From Podarcis tiliguerta (Eukaryota), in NCBI GenBank assembly GCA_965153285.1, contig OZ229110.1: a stretch of DNA of 64,000 nt; one strand, given 5' to 3'. The position numbers and the translations under genes were made by a program. Position 1 is the first letter of the stretch, and every line of letters begins with the position of its first letter. The notes below the pieces were generated by a model. The model searched no databases. It worked only from the letters and a program-made list of their open reading frames with translations, and was not told the DNA's origin. Of the stretch, positions 48,301 through 60,680 are shown piece by piece.

Positions 48301-51300
48301 ACAGTGGAAGCATTCCCAGGACAGCCAATAAGCCACCTTTGCAATGGCTCAAGAGATGCCCCCAATCCCAGAGAGCCTTGTTCTAATTAATAACTGCTTG
48401 TATTCACCCACACAGCCATTTTGAATGCTTTGTGTATCTGCCATGCCAGAACGATTGGCTATTCTTTTGCTCCCAGGTGCCAGGTAGTGTTACAACATAG
48501 CCGGGTGGGGATCCAGAAGTACCTGCAACAGCAAGCTGCATGTCTCAAAGTAACTGACAAATGGGCAAATAGCTGACTACAAGAGGAAAAAGCCTGACTT
48601 TTTCTATGCCGATCCCAACACTCTGAAAGGAGTATGTGTTTGATTCACTATTAAGGCTGTCAATGGAAATGGAAGAAATTTGCCACTGGCAAAAGATGAC
48701 TGGAACAGATTTCAGGACTTCCCTCATCCTGAGATAAAACAAGGCCCATACATTACTCCCCTCTCTACCTGCCTTCCCTTTAACTGATCGTGACTATATA
48801 ATATAAGGTAATGCTTTCTCCTCCAAGGACAGGTCATTAATTAATCAATAGAGAGAGCTGCTTGCCATCTATGCTCATAAATCCCAGACACTACAGCAAG
48901 AAAATCTGAATTCTGCTCAGGGCCAGAACTGCTCATTTACTGCTTATATGGAGCAACTGCTGCAAGCAACAATCTCACATTTCAATGCAGGAATGAGGCC
49001 ATCACATGGAAATGCACCTCTGCGATGAAAGACAAATGTCAAGAACAGAGTTACAACACAAATATATCACATTATGCATTTTGGATTACTAAACAGAACT
49101 GGGTGACAGCGGACGAAAAAGAAACAAAGAAGTGACATCTACAAAGCAACATCAACACGTATGTGTGGGCTAAGGGTATGTCTGCCCTCAGCTGTTTTTC
49201 TCAGGATAGTTTCTGGAACACACTGTACCTTGCCTGTACTGGCATACTTGGTTAAAACCCTATTCCCATTTTTTGTTTCCACATATATTGTGAAAAATAC
49301 TAGATTCCCTTAAAATTGCTGTTTGGAATACAACGTTTACATCACATGTTGTTGTGTATGCACATCCTTTCTTAAACTGAAGCAATGTCCATGTAGAAAA
49401 AATAATCCAGTGTGAAGGAGCCCTAAGTGCTAGGATCAACTATGAATATGTATTTGTATTTGAATAAATGTATTTGAATATGTATGTATGTATGTATGTG
49501 TTAACAAGTCACGGCCCAAAGGCAGCATGGGGGAAAGTAGCCATGTTCTAGGATTTTCCCTGAGAGGGCCTGATGACTCCCAGCTTACCTTAGCAGGGTT
49601 TTGCCTCTTGTATTGCAGCAGCTCCTGAAGGTACAATCTGAAGGTAATCCAGCTCTCTGCCAGGAAACGACAGAGCTCTGGGACACTTAACAAGTGAGGC
49701 TGCGCTCTTGCCATCTCACTGTCACTACAGGGATGGAAACAATGTATCAGTACTTTAGCCCTTCCAGGTACGCTTGCCACAAGCAACAGAGAATCACTTC
49801 CTGCAGGCAGTATTAACAGAAAGCTATCAAAGTTGTTGTGGAACAAAGTTATGGCCAAATGTTGACCTCTTTCAATTGTTCCATATGTGTAAGTAACTCA
49901 GCTTGCCTCTCCCCTCATTGGTTCCTCCAACTCCCCCAGAGCCAATTTGTGGGGTGGGGGAAAGAGAGGAGGGAAAGCCACAAGCAAAGTTCTCGAGCAG
50001 GGCTTTCACCAATGGGGCTGGTTAGGTGAAGCCCACCCAAAAGGGGCAGGATTCAACTAACTAGTCCTGCTAACAGGGACTTGCACAAGAACCTCTGCCT
50101 GTGGAATAGGACTCCCTCCCCACAGGGAAATCAGCAAGGGGAAGATTGGGAGACCCTCCCAGAACAGGGGCAGGGGGAGATGGGGAATTGTTCTGTCTGA
50201 GAAACTGAAAAGCTTGTGCTGATGAAAAGACTGCCACAGCACAACTGTTAATTCCTTCCTACATTCCTTTCTTGGAACCCCATGCCTCCTAAGCCTCAGG
50301 TGGCATTTTCCGGACAGACATCCATCCAGTAGGTGACGACTACAATTGAGCGCCTCCTCTTGGCCTTGAAATGCCATTAAATCCTGAGAAGAAGGCATCC
50401 ATCCGACTCTTCCAATTTCTAGAAACCGAAAAGAGAACCAAACCTGACCCCATTAAGGAAGGGAAATGAGTAAGGAGCCCTACAAACCCATTTGGGGAAG
50501 GGCTTTTCAGGTCATGACACAGGTCAAAATACTGAGTAAAAGAGAGCAGGCAAGGCAGAAGGGTAGCAAGAACTATCTCCACTATGAAGACAATACAGAG
50601 CAAACCTACCTGTCTCCTCTAGGTTCCTCCAATGGCTGCACTGCAGGAGAAAGAAGAAAAATATAATTCAGTTAAGCAGTAAGTGAAGTGTGACAGTTTA
50701 CATGCTAGAGGTTACTTCCTTCAGCAGCCTGGCCTTCAGCACTTAGAGCATGATAGCTCACTTGGTTAGAGCAGGGCGCTGATAACACAAACCTGCAACC
50801 TTGGTATTATCAGCACCATGCTCCAACCAACAGAGCTATCATGTTCTATGTAGCTGCGCACACACAACTACAGAAGATCTGCATTGTTTGATGTCCCAAG
50901 ACATACTCCAACTGACAAAACTGCAACTGGGGAAGGGGGAGTTCTGAAACTGAGCCCAGCCCACCTCTGCTGAGGAACTTTCTCATAGCTCTGGCCAACA
51001 GGTTTGAATAGTAACATATTTTGCCAATAAGCAATCACCAAAGTCTGAACAAACTCAAAAAACAGGTGGGGAGGGTGCTCTGGGCAGGGTTGTTGGTACC
51101 AAATTTGATATGTGAGAATCTCAGGTAACTTCTTGCATTATTTCCACAAGCGTTTCTCTTATTCTTGTGTTTAAATACACTTTGAAAAGAGACAGGGATC
51201 ACATAAAGTTCCAGGGTGCAAAAGTATATGTGTCCTCATTCCAATGTCACCTCAAATCACACTTCTATACATGCATTTGGCTTTTCCTCTGCTGTACACC

Positions 51301-54300
51301 CTACACACATCAAAGAGGTCAGCACTTTGAACAAACTTCCTGAACTGATTCAGATGTAATCAAAACTGAGAAGGTACGGTATATGCTACATCAGGCTTCC
51401 TCAGCCTCGGCCCTCCAGACGTTTTTGGCCTACAACTCCCTTGATCCCTAGCTAGCAGGACCAGTGGTCAGGGATTATGGGAATCGTCGTCTCAAAACAT
51501 CTGGAGGGCTGAGGCTGAGGAAGCCTGTGCTACATAAACCACACATTTACTCAAATAACGGACTTTGGGCACAGGATTGGAATTTTCTTGATGTAGAAGT
51601 TGGATTGCCTTGGGACACAGTATGAAGAAACCTTGGCTTTGGTTTCTTGAAAGCAGATTTGTTGGGTGTTTATCTTGGAGTGGATGTGTTGAATAAGTTT
51701 CTACATATAGCTAACAGATGAAGAATCAGAAGTTCTCATTTTCTCACCCCCCTTTTCTTCTTCTTTTTTCTTCATCTTGTTTGTCCCCTTTTCTTTCTGA
51801 TTTGTATTTTTATTTAGGATAGTTTTTTAGTCTTGATAAAAAGATACCTGACATCAATCTTTGTATTTTCTTCCAAATTTCAATAAAATATATTATGTGA
51901 GGAAAAAAAGAAACCCTGGCTTTACAAAGCCACCCAGGGAGCTCCTTAAAATGTGACCTTTGTTTGAGCCTAGTTGTAGAGAAGATGTGTGAATAAGCTC
52001 TTTTGCATTAGAGATTTGAAGCTAGAATTCAAAGCTCATCAGATATGACTATCTAGTGTAGCTGACGTGCTATGCTGTTATTTATAATGTGCAGTCAGCT
52101 GCACACAGTCTGTACAAGCTACAGTGCTTGGGGCTAGCTCAGGGCTTTCCCCTGGGCCACATACACAGAGCTGACAGGCTGGTGAATAGAGCAGTGGAGC
52201 GGCGGAAAGCAATCTTGTTAAGTCTGTGACCCAGATTCCAGGCAATCAGCCCTAACATAGGGAGCCAATCACCATCTTCCTTGGGCAGCAGAGATTCTGG
52301 TGGGTACTCAGGCATTGCAGCAGCCACTGCCCACATGAAAAATCTTGGGCCCATTTCAGGAGTGTGAAAAGCTACTATTGTTAACACAGAAGCATGGGTG
52401 TAATGTTTGTTTACAGCAGCTCCAAATACATGGGCTACTGTGCTTGTCTGTTATTTCAGTACTGTTGCTTGCCAGAGTGCTGAATCCAGGCATCATGTAC
52501 TGGGGCAGCAGGAACGCAACTGTTTACACCATGCCGTTTTGTACCTCCTAATGCACCAACAAGAAGCTAATGCAGCCTTTGACTTTGTTAGCTCTGGCAG
52601 GGGCATTGTGCTGCTCACTTAACAATTGCTTCCCCTTGTGTAGCAGTCTTATGGGCCTGAAAGATCACACAGAAATCTCAGTCCACTGCAACAGCAAGTT
52701 ATTAACCTTGAATCCACAGTGAATTTCTCAGTACAGTCTCTCTATGAATTTGGCTGTATTCTGCATATGAAAAATGTTCATCATGTTCAGAACTGCTCTT
52801 CTTGGTCCTTCAAACAGGGAGGAAGCTGCATTCCTATTTAATGATACAGCTCCAATACGATTCATAAGGATCACATAGAATCTGCCTGGGATCTAATCAG
52901 GATGGCTGTGTCAGTTATGAGGGTCAACATTAGATCCTTCTTGGATAGGTGGCTTGTCAGTTGATCTTACATAAACCAAGTTGGATAGTAGTTCTGCTCA
53001 CCAGGTCGTTTAACAAAAGTAGGAAGAAAATAACCCTCAGTTCACCATGGCTGGCCTACTATCTTGTCTTATGTAACCCCACAGCAACTCTACTCTTTGC
53101 CAGCAGTTATCTGGAACAAAACAGCCTTAACTTAACTCAAGTAATATTTAACATAAAAATAAAATGATGCTGATCCTGCTAGTCTACAGGAAATTCCTCC
53201 AACACAGGAAGATTAAAGCAGAAATCCGTTGCTAAGAGTGATATTACTGGTGCTTTGCATCATTCTGTGACATGGGAAACCTTCCAAAAATCACAAAGTG
53301 AAACTGACATGATACACCTTACTGCACAAGAAGAGTGTGTGATCCAATTTTCTGGGCTGCAATGTTTTTACAAGTCCTGCTTGAACAGGGCACCTAGGTC
53401 TCTGTTTTTCTAAACCACTCCCTGCCAGTATTTTGTTTAGGGTTTGATGTATGGGCACAACAGGGCTGATTAAGTGAATTCAATATTAAATCCAGACAAT
53501 AGACTCCCTCTAACATCTTGTGATCAGCTTCTCTCTTGGAGGATTGAAGACATTGTGAAACATCATATATACTGATTAATGAAAACCAGACTCTGCAAGT
53601 TGTTGCTCATATGTGTCCTAAAAAGTGTCCCAAAAAGAGTTGATTAGAGATTCCACCATGTGGAAAGACACAGCCTCTACCATAAATGTGGCTAACCCCA
53701 CATTGTGGTGACCTGATCCCACCCCCAAGCAAATTTTTATGGCTTACAAAAACTACACCAATTTGGCAGTGGCAAGAAGAAGAAATCAAAGTAGATACAG
53801 CACTGAGATGAAGATGGGGATACAATTTGCACACACACCCCCCGAGCAATCATTCAATGAGTGGAGAGATTTAAACCACTGCCCCCTTTGGTAATCTGCC
53901 CTTCCAATTGAGAAGGGAAGCTGTTTCTCTGTGTGCAAAAGAGAGAGTGGGGTGACTCACTTCTGGTTACACTCGCTGCTCTCATGGGACCCCTGGAAAG
54001 TTGGTCAAGAACAAATACAGACCTTGGGCGAACAAAAGGCTAGCCACTGGTGCTCCACATGCTGAGCTCACCAGGGGTATATTTCTTGAGGACAGTGAAG
54101 GAAAGACATTAGACATTGTAGGCCAACACCACATAGTTGCCTGCTTCTGACTCAGGCACTCATGATACCACTTATTTAATCCAAAATTTGTCAAGACTTG
54201 CAGGCAGTTACATCCACACTCCTTAAGCTCTAACTGTACAAAACAAATTGCTACATTTAATCTTTCAGCCAAACAGCATTTCTCACATGACTGCCGTCAA

Positions 54301-57300
54301 CAAACAGAAAGGTGCTCTAATGTGCATTCTCAACATGAGCAGAAGCAAAGAGATGAAAAAAAACAGAACGCCAGCAAATATTAACCAAGTGCCTTTAGTC
54401 CAAAGAACTCCAATTACTTGCTACTTTTTATTCAGTATAGTACAGCAAAAAGGGAGGAAGTGTTAGTTCAAGGCTTGATCAGCAGGAAATCACAGCAGGA
54501 CAGGAAGCAATGAACTGAACTTGGATGAATGCAAGAATCAACCAAGATTATCCCTGCTCCAGAACTACACCACTTCCTTTACTTGTACAACCTTCACTAC
54601 TTCACTTACCTGAGAAATCCAACAGGAATTGAGGCTTCCATCTCTCCAACAGGAGAACACCAATAAAGCCCATGCTGAGGAGGAATAGAGGACGCAACGA
54701 AGTGGAGGAAAACAGCCTGGAAAGTTACAGGGACAAAGACAAAAGTTAAAAGAGGCCATATCACACTCACTCATTTCACAGAAATTGCTGAGAAAGTACC
54801 TGCACATTTTACCCCATAACTTCCTTTCTAGGAGGGCTACAGACTTACTTACTTACTTACTTATGAAAGCTCAGTATCTGGGGCATCAGTTAAAGCCTTT
54901 GCAGGTGCCTTGGCACTCGTCAGTGGCCCTTAGTCTAGGCCGGGCACAGGCAAACTCGGCCCTCCAGATGTTTTGGGACTACAACTCCCATCATCCCTAG
55001 CTAACAGGACCAGTGGTCAGGAATTATGGGAATTCCAGTCTCAAAACATCTGGAGGGCCGAGTTTGCCTATGTCTGATCTAGGCCATATTGTGCCAAATG
55101 CTAGAGTACATTTCAAAGTTTTCAAGGTCCAAGTCCAACACTATAGACCAGTGTCCTATACAGTGGTACCTCGGGTTAAGAACTTAATTTGTTCTGGTCT
55201 GTTCTTAACCTGAAACTGTTCTTAACCTGAAGCACCACTTTAGCTAATGGGGCCTCCTGCTGCTGCTGCTGCATCACTGCTGCACGATTTTTGTTCTCAT
55301 TCTGAAGCAAAGTTCTTAACCCAAGGTAATATTTCTGGATTAGCGGAGTCTGTAACCTGTAGCGTATGTAACCTGAAGTGTATGTAACCCGAGGTACCAC
55401 TGTAATAAATTTCAGGAGGAAAGTCATTACTGAAAGCAATTTCCACTTGGATGACATAGAAGATAGTTCAGAAAGAGGAAACATCAGTAAACATCTTTGG
55501 CACATGTCTGCAGAAGCTATTTTCCAAAATGACTGTCTGTCACTCTGCTGCAGCACCTATCTCATGAAGAACATCCATAAAATTTATGTCAGATTATAAA
55601 TTTTTAGGTAGTCCAATGATAGCCAGTTTTAGAAATTATATTATTCTAATATAACAAATAATTAATAGCCAACAAATGTAGAAAAGAATAAGGAACTGGG
55701 TTTGTGCAACCCAAACTTGCTTTGGACCACCACAATGGTTATACCCAAATTGCATTTGGTCTAGCAACACAGTACTTGGACACAAGAAACTGTGTGGTGT
55801 GAAACTATGCCAACGACAACCAAAATGTGTAAAAAAATAAGATGGAACTTAGGAACCACCAAACCATATACTCACACATCCAGCAGTAGAGTTGTACACA
55901 TTTTGACAATTATTGGTGTAGACCCATGCAACTGATAGCACTTTGCTACTCCAAAAAGCACTGGGCCTGACATGATTCTATGCTGTCCGATAGAGGGTAC
56001 CATCCTGCAGATGTGGGTATATGATTTGTGATATACCAAAGTTTATTGCATCCCTTCCCCAGTTCTTTATTCTTTTCTATGCGTGTTTGGCTATCATTGG
56101 CAATGGCTTAGACCAACACATTTGACAGTGTCCTGTGTTTAAAAAACTTGCATTGGATATGAGTCTATGAGTCTGTCATCTCTAGATAACATTCTCCTGC
56201 ATGTGTGGATCTATGATTTGGGGTGGCCCAAACCACAATTTGAGGTGGAAACACCAAGTTCCTATTTTTTTTTACACATTTTGCCTATTATTGACATAAA
56301 CACACTGAACAAAAGTGTTGGGCAAGAAATGAATTAATGCACTCTGACAAAATATACTCTTCTGTTCACCCAAAGTTTATTGTGGGAATGGGATGCGCAC
56401 CCCTGTTCCTTTTTATTTTCTACCTATTTGAGCTATCACTGGCAGAATTCACATCCTTGAAAGTCTTGTATACAGCTTCCAACTGAAATCTATTATAGGC
56501 ACTGGATTTCTATGCATTGGACCATGAGTGTACAGTTTAGAGACCTGTACTCTGTGTAATTAAAGGTTTAAAAATTACAGGCATCCAGTCAACTAGAAAA
56601 ATGATGTTGGTGGCACCTAGTAATTTGAAATATATTAGCCCGAGCATGTAAAGGTAAAGGTACCCCTGCCTGTACGGGCCAGTCGTGTCCAACTCTGGGG
56701 TTGCGCGCCCATCTCGCTTAAAGGGCCAGGGGCCAGCGCTGTCCGGAGACACTTCCGGGTCACATGGCCAGTGTGACAAGCTGCATCTGGCGAGCCAGCG
56801 CAGCACATGGAAACGCCGTTTACCTTACCGCTAGTAAGTGGTCCCTATTTATCTACTTGCACCCGGGGGTGCTTTCGAACTGCTAGGTTGGCAGGCGCTG
56901 GGACCGAGCAACAGGAGCGCACCCCGCCGCGGGGATTCAAACCGCCGACTTGACGATCGGCAAGTCCTAGGCGCTGAGGTTTTACCCACAGCGCCACCCG
57001 CGTCCCTATAGCCCGAGCATGGCGGGTACCTAAAAAATATGCTGCTGGCTTCTTTTATGTTATGTTTTCTTCTCTTTCTAGCCCTGTATGTATTACTGTT
57101 TGAGAATTTTTCTTCTTTTAATGAGAAAATATTTTCTGGCAGGATCTTTCTCCCTTCTCTTAAATTGTTATTAAGTATTATAACAAAAAACATTTCTAGT
57201 TTAAATTAACATCTCCACAAACTGCAGTCTCTGGAAGTGTACTACCAACCCCTGCTTGACTCCAGCCTGTGAATCTGCTCTGCTGACAGTCAGCTCATTG

Positions 57301-60300
57301 TCTGCAAGAGTAAACAGGATGTTTTCCCCCCCAGCTGTATGCTGGATTCCACCACACGGGCTTGTTCAATGTTGCTGTGTGCGCAGAGGCAGGATAGGCA
57401 GAAAACAAGGAATGTGCTAGCACTACAGTTCTCATCCACTGCAGGCTTAACAACAGCACAGCTTGTAGGGCTTACTCCCAGCCTGGCACATTGCCAGGGG
57501 TTACTACTAAGCTACCAGGCCCAAGCTGGGGATAGTATGAACCATGTGGGTTGTACACAGTGAGTGCACAAATTCTAAGTAGAAACACTCCTGGGCGAGT
57601 CTCCAATTATCTGCAGCTGCTAGTAGCAGTCCGTGTTTATCACAAGCCAAGTCCTGGAGGCGCACTTGGCACCACCCGTGCGTCAGGGAGAGGTCTGTTT
57701 ATACTTTGAGAGTGAAGAGGGAAGTCTACATGACGCTAAACCCAACCAATGTTAAGTCCCACATCCTAAGCTTGTGACTGCAATCCTTGTTAGATCAAGT
57801 GTAGAAGACACCACAAAATATGCCTCAAAGCGAAGCCTTCTTGGGTCCACCAGGGACTTAATCAATCCATGACTGCACTGTGGCCAGGGGCAACAGAATT
57901 TCATCCATACAAGACCAGCAGTAGTCTCAGACAGACAAATTTCAAGGAGGGAACCCCACTACTGACTCATGCATGCAGCTTGTTCTATACTCTTCTCTTT
58001 AGCTCATAGGCAGAGTACATGTGTGGCATGTAGAAAGTCCGATGTTAAGTCCCTGCTATTGTCAGTTAAGAGTCTCAGGGACTAGGGCTGGGAAAGTTTT
58101 TGACTTGCCACTCTAGAGTTTCTCTGCCAGTGAAAGTAGTAGACCATTGACCTGCTGGGCCCAGTACTGACTCCCTGTAAAGTAGATTCTTATTGCTGAA
58201 ATAAGCAAGTAATCCAGGGGGAAGGGTGTTGAACTTACTTTTTTACCCCCAGACATCTGGGATGAATTTTAACAATTAGATAAGCAAAAGTTTGCTACAG
58301 GAGGGTGCAATCATTTTTTCACTAGACGTCTGGACCCAACATCCTTCCACTCCCAACGATAATTATAACTTGAGGCACCATTCTGGATTTGTTTATAAAG
58401 GATATTGAAAACTGCTCCAAAATGTAATGTTAGTGCCAAGTAGGAGCAAATGAAAGTTTCCCATGCTTTCCTATCTTTTAAATCACTCATGTCATCTCAC
58501 AATTTTTGCAGATCTACACGAAGAAGCAAAGATTTTATGAGTTTCTTTGACTAAGCTTTCAGGGTCCATTATTTTAAAGTCATCTGCCTCCCTTCATAGT
58601 GCACAGAAAATTGGTCCCAGGAAAGAATATTTAGAATTGCCACTTTTCTCATACTAATGAAGAACCACAAAAGAAGGATTTACATTGCTTTTATGATTTG
58701 TTGTTGTTTCCAAACAGAAGCTTCTAGATTGCTAGAGAGTGATATCAAAATTGGGCAAAAGTATGGTGTCCAGAGATCTGCTGGTTTTAAAGGTATCTAG
58801 CAGTTCTTTTTTAACTTTCAGAAGATAAGGCCAAGAATCCAAAAGTCAGATGACATTTAAAGGCCCATCTGAATTACTTTGGGGCTGCAGTAGTGATCCA
58901 GACAGTCATACAATCTTAATGCACATTCCACCCACTATCAATTAGCAATTCATCTCAGTGTTCCTTCACATTGCTCTTACTTCTGGGAGAAGTGCTGCTC
59001 TTTTCAGAATGACTCCAACTTGTGGGGGATGCCCTTGCACACCTGTGCCTCCTTTAAAATAGGATAATCCTTGGCCATGGAGGGAATTCACAACCAAATA
59101 TCCTCCATTCTCAAATGCTTTATTGCTCATATCAACTTTGATCTTTTACACATGCACTGTGTAGTTTTACCTGTTGCAAGGCCTTTCCATCACCACTGCA
59201 TAACTACATTTTACCAGATCTCTCCCTTGCAACTACCACTCAACTTCACAGCCCTAGATTCCCTTCCACAACTGCAAATTTCTTACCTATTCCACTTTTT
59301 GTATGCGTGTTTTGATTGATTTGGGGAGACCTTGGTCCAAGCTCCAGCTTACTGACTTGGGCAACTGATTATTACTAAGCTCAACCAACCCTACAGGGTT
59401 GCTATGAGAATAGCCAGAGAAACCCTATATATGAAAACCTGAGATCTTTAGAGAAGGGAAGGGTTACATACATAAGTTAAACATAATCACATGGGGCTAT
59501 CAACTTATTCCAGAATAATGCATGGCAGACACTCAGAATGAAACAGAACGGCTATTCCTGAGCAATCCTACCCTTGACCCACATCAGAAAACGCTACCCT
59601 AAAGCTGCCCACCTCACATCAGACTGGCAACTCCTTTCCCTTAGAAAGCTTCCCTGCAGACAACTGGAAGATTATGAGTAGCACAAGGTTATCCACGTTT
59701 ACTCAGAGGTAAGTCCAACGGATTTCAATAGGGGTCTACTCCCAAGTAAGCACGCGTAGGAAAACAGCTCTGTGTGGTATTAAATTTGCAGCAGGATAGG
59801 TGACCCTAAGCCCGGGGCTCTCTTGCAGCCTGGCCTGCTTCCTCTCGCCAAGAGAGAACCGGCCGCCCAGCTGAAACCACGTCAGGAGCATCCACGACCC
59901 CATCTACCTGCCGGCTCTACTTTCAGCCCCCTTCGCGCGGTTCCTAACCGCCGCCGCTGCCACGCACGTGAACAACACCGCCCCCCCCGCGCGCGCGCTA
60001 CCACCCGAAGCCCCATCCTGCGCCCCCCCCCCGAGTGGCCTCCGCCTCCTCTCACCACAGAGCAGCTCCGAGCGCGGCGGCCCCGGCCAGGCTCTGCGGC
60101 GGCCTCTCCCAGACCAGCAGCCGCTGCACGGCGGCCACCGTCGCCTCCCAGCCCCTCAGGCGCCGCCTCAGGTGGACGGCCAGAGCCAAGACCTCCTGCT
60201 CCTCCTCCTCTTCCTCCTCGCCTCCGGCCGCGCAGCCACCGGGCACCGGCACCGGCTCCCCTGCCTCTGCCGCCGGGACATCCGAGCTGCCGCCGCCGCC

Positions 60301-60309
60301 GCTCGCCAT
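41714..60309 (-). CDS. RETREG2: Reticulophagy regulator 2 (FAM134A), 9 exons, ~554 aa: complement(join(41714..42396,45934..46069,47155..47249,47772..47909,48173..48257,49589..49724,50610..50640,54610..54716,60056..60309))
   Basis: MASGGGG...QRLLVWERP; [17 protein letters not shown]; [10 protein letters not shown]; [11 protein letters not shown]; [21 protein letters not shown]; [22 protein letters not shown]; LIR motif DDFELL at 41825-41842. All exons in phase (1665 nt). Confidence 0.96.
42905..44530 (-). mobile_element. Fragmented CR1 LINE (3' end, RT relics, ORF1 esterase relic) interrupted by a MITE
   Basis: CR1-like 3' end at 42905, RT-region pieces (GCAGCAAACTTGGC, GCTTTTTGAAAGT); minus strand 44469-44492 encodes MVHVGTND (SGNH esterase of CR1 ORF1). 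Confidence 0.7.
43530..43752. mobile_element. hAT-like MITE nested in CR1
   Basis: CAGGCATGTCCAAAGT...AGTTTGGACACCACTG inverted ends, multiple GGCCC subterminal motifs. Confidence 0.65.
44938..45292. mobile_element. Old hAT-like non-autonomous element
   Basis: CAGGGG...GGGCCAGATGCAGCC...AAAAGGTTGACCACTCCTG ends. Confidence 0.5.
45934..46069 (-). CDS. RETREG2: RETREG2 exon 8
   Basis: [45 protein letters not shown]. Confidence 0.95.
47155..47249 (-). CDS. RETREG2: RETREG2 exon 7
   Basis: RQGKSEP...[16 protein letters not shown]. Confidence 0.93.
47367..47592. mobile_element. Tc1/mariner-type MITE, TA TSD
   Basis: TA|CGGTGGTACCTCGGGTTA...TAACCCGAGGTACCACTG|TA. Confidence 0.88.
47772..47909 (-). 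CDS. RETREG2: RETREG2 exon 6
   Basis: [34 protein letters not shown]. Confidence 0.95.
48173..48257 (-). CDS. RETREG2: RETREG2 exon 5
   Basis: [28 protein letters not shown]. Confidence 0.95.
49589..49724 (-). CDS. RETREG2: RETREG2 exon 4
   Basis: [25 protein letters not shown]...YKRQNPAK. Confidence 0.95.
50610..50640 (-). CDS. RETREG2: RETREG2 exon 3 (31-nt micro-exon)
   Basis: cctgcag|TGCAGCCATTGGAGGAACCTAGAGGAGACAG|gtagg; required to restore phase. Confidence 0.85.
50744..50848. repeat. Foldback inverted repeat of two tRNA-Ile-like SINE heads
   Basis: 45-nt arms 50744-50788 and 50804-50848; 38/45 complementary positions by manual alignment. Confidence 0.85.
51392..51527. mobile_element. 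Palindromic hAT-type MITE with exact 8-bp TSD
   Basis: TGCTACAT|CAGGCTTCCTCAGCCTC...GAGGCTGAGGAAGCCTG|TGCTACAT. Confidence 0.9.
54610..54716 (-). CDS. RETREG2: RETREG2 exon 2
   Basis: [35 protein letters not shown]. Confidence 0.93.
54941..55076. mobile_element. Palindromic hAT-type MITE
   Basis: Same core as 51392-51527; flanks GTCTAGGC/ATCTAGGC (7/8). Confidence 0.85.
55161..55402. mobile_element. Tc1/mariner-type MITE, TA TSD
   Basis: TA|CAGTGGTACCTCGGGTTA...TAACCCGAGGTACCACTG|TA, perfect 18-bp TIR. Confidence 0.9.
56649..57006 (-). mobile_element. Sauria SINE, full length with 13-bp TSD
   Basis: TAGCCCGAGCATG at 56636-56648 and 57009-57021; same subfamily as 29034-29370. Confidence 0.95.
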
Positions 60310-60680
60310 CTCTTCAGCCACCGATCAGGAAGGGGGCGGGGGAGGAGCGAGGAGTCCTCCTGACAGCCGCGGCCGGAAGCAGCCGCAGCAGCCATACAGA
60401 CGCCGAGCCAGAGCGACTCAGCGATCACGTGCATCGGCCTCGGAACGTGAAGCGAGATGTTTTCATGCGACACGCATGCGCAAGCCGCTCAGTTCAAGAA
60501 TAGAGATAGGAAAAGTTGAGAGCGGCTACTATTCGGCTTCCTGCAGAAATAGAAATCCTGAGGTTTCTTTTGAGGCTGTTTCAACCTTCCGCTTCCAGGG
60601 CGAAAAGGAAAAGGCCGTCTATTGGGAAACCATGGAGAAATTATAGCTACGAGTGGGCTGCGGAGTATGCCCGCCGCTCC
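59810..60680 (-). promoter_or_regulatory. RETREG2 CpG island/promoter (ETS CCGGAAG 60373-60379, E-box TCACGTG 60425-60431, NRF1-like CGCATGCGCA 60473-60482)
   Basis: CpG-dense block around exon 1 with the listed motifs. Confidence 0.8.
60056..60309 (-). CDS. RETREG2: RETREG2 exon 1
   Basis: [10 protein letters not shown]...[20 protein letters not shown]...ALW|gtgag. Confidence 0.93.

Noticed and set aside
50750-50845. tRNA-Ile gene
   Set aside because: Both halves lack the T-arm 3' side and acceptor stem; SINE-derived.
59823-60646. 226-, 203- and 131-aa Pro/Ala/Arg-rich ORFs
   Set aside because: Stop-poor CpG island antisense to RETREG2 exon 1.
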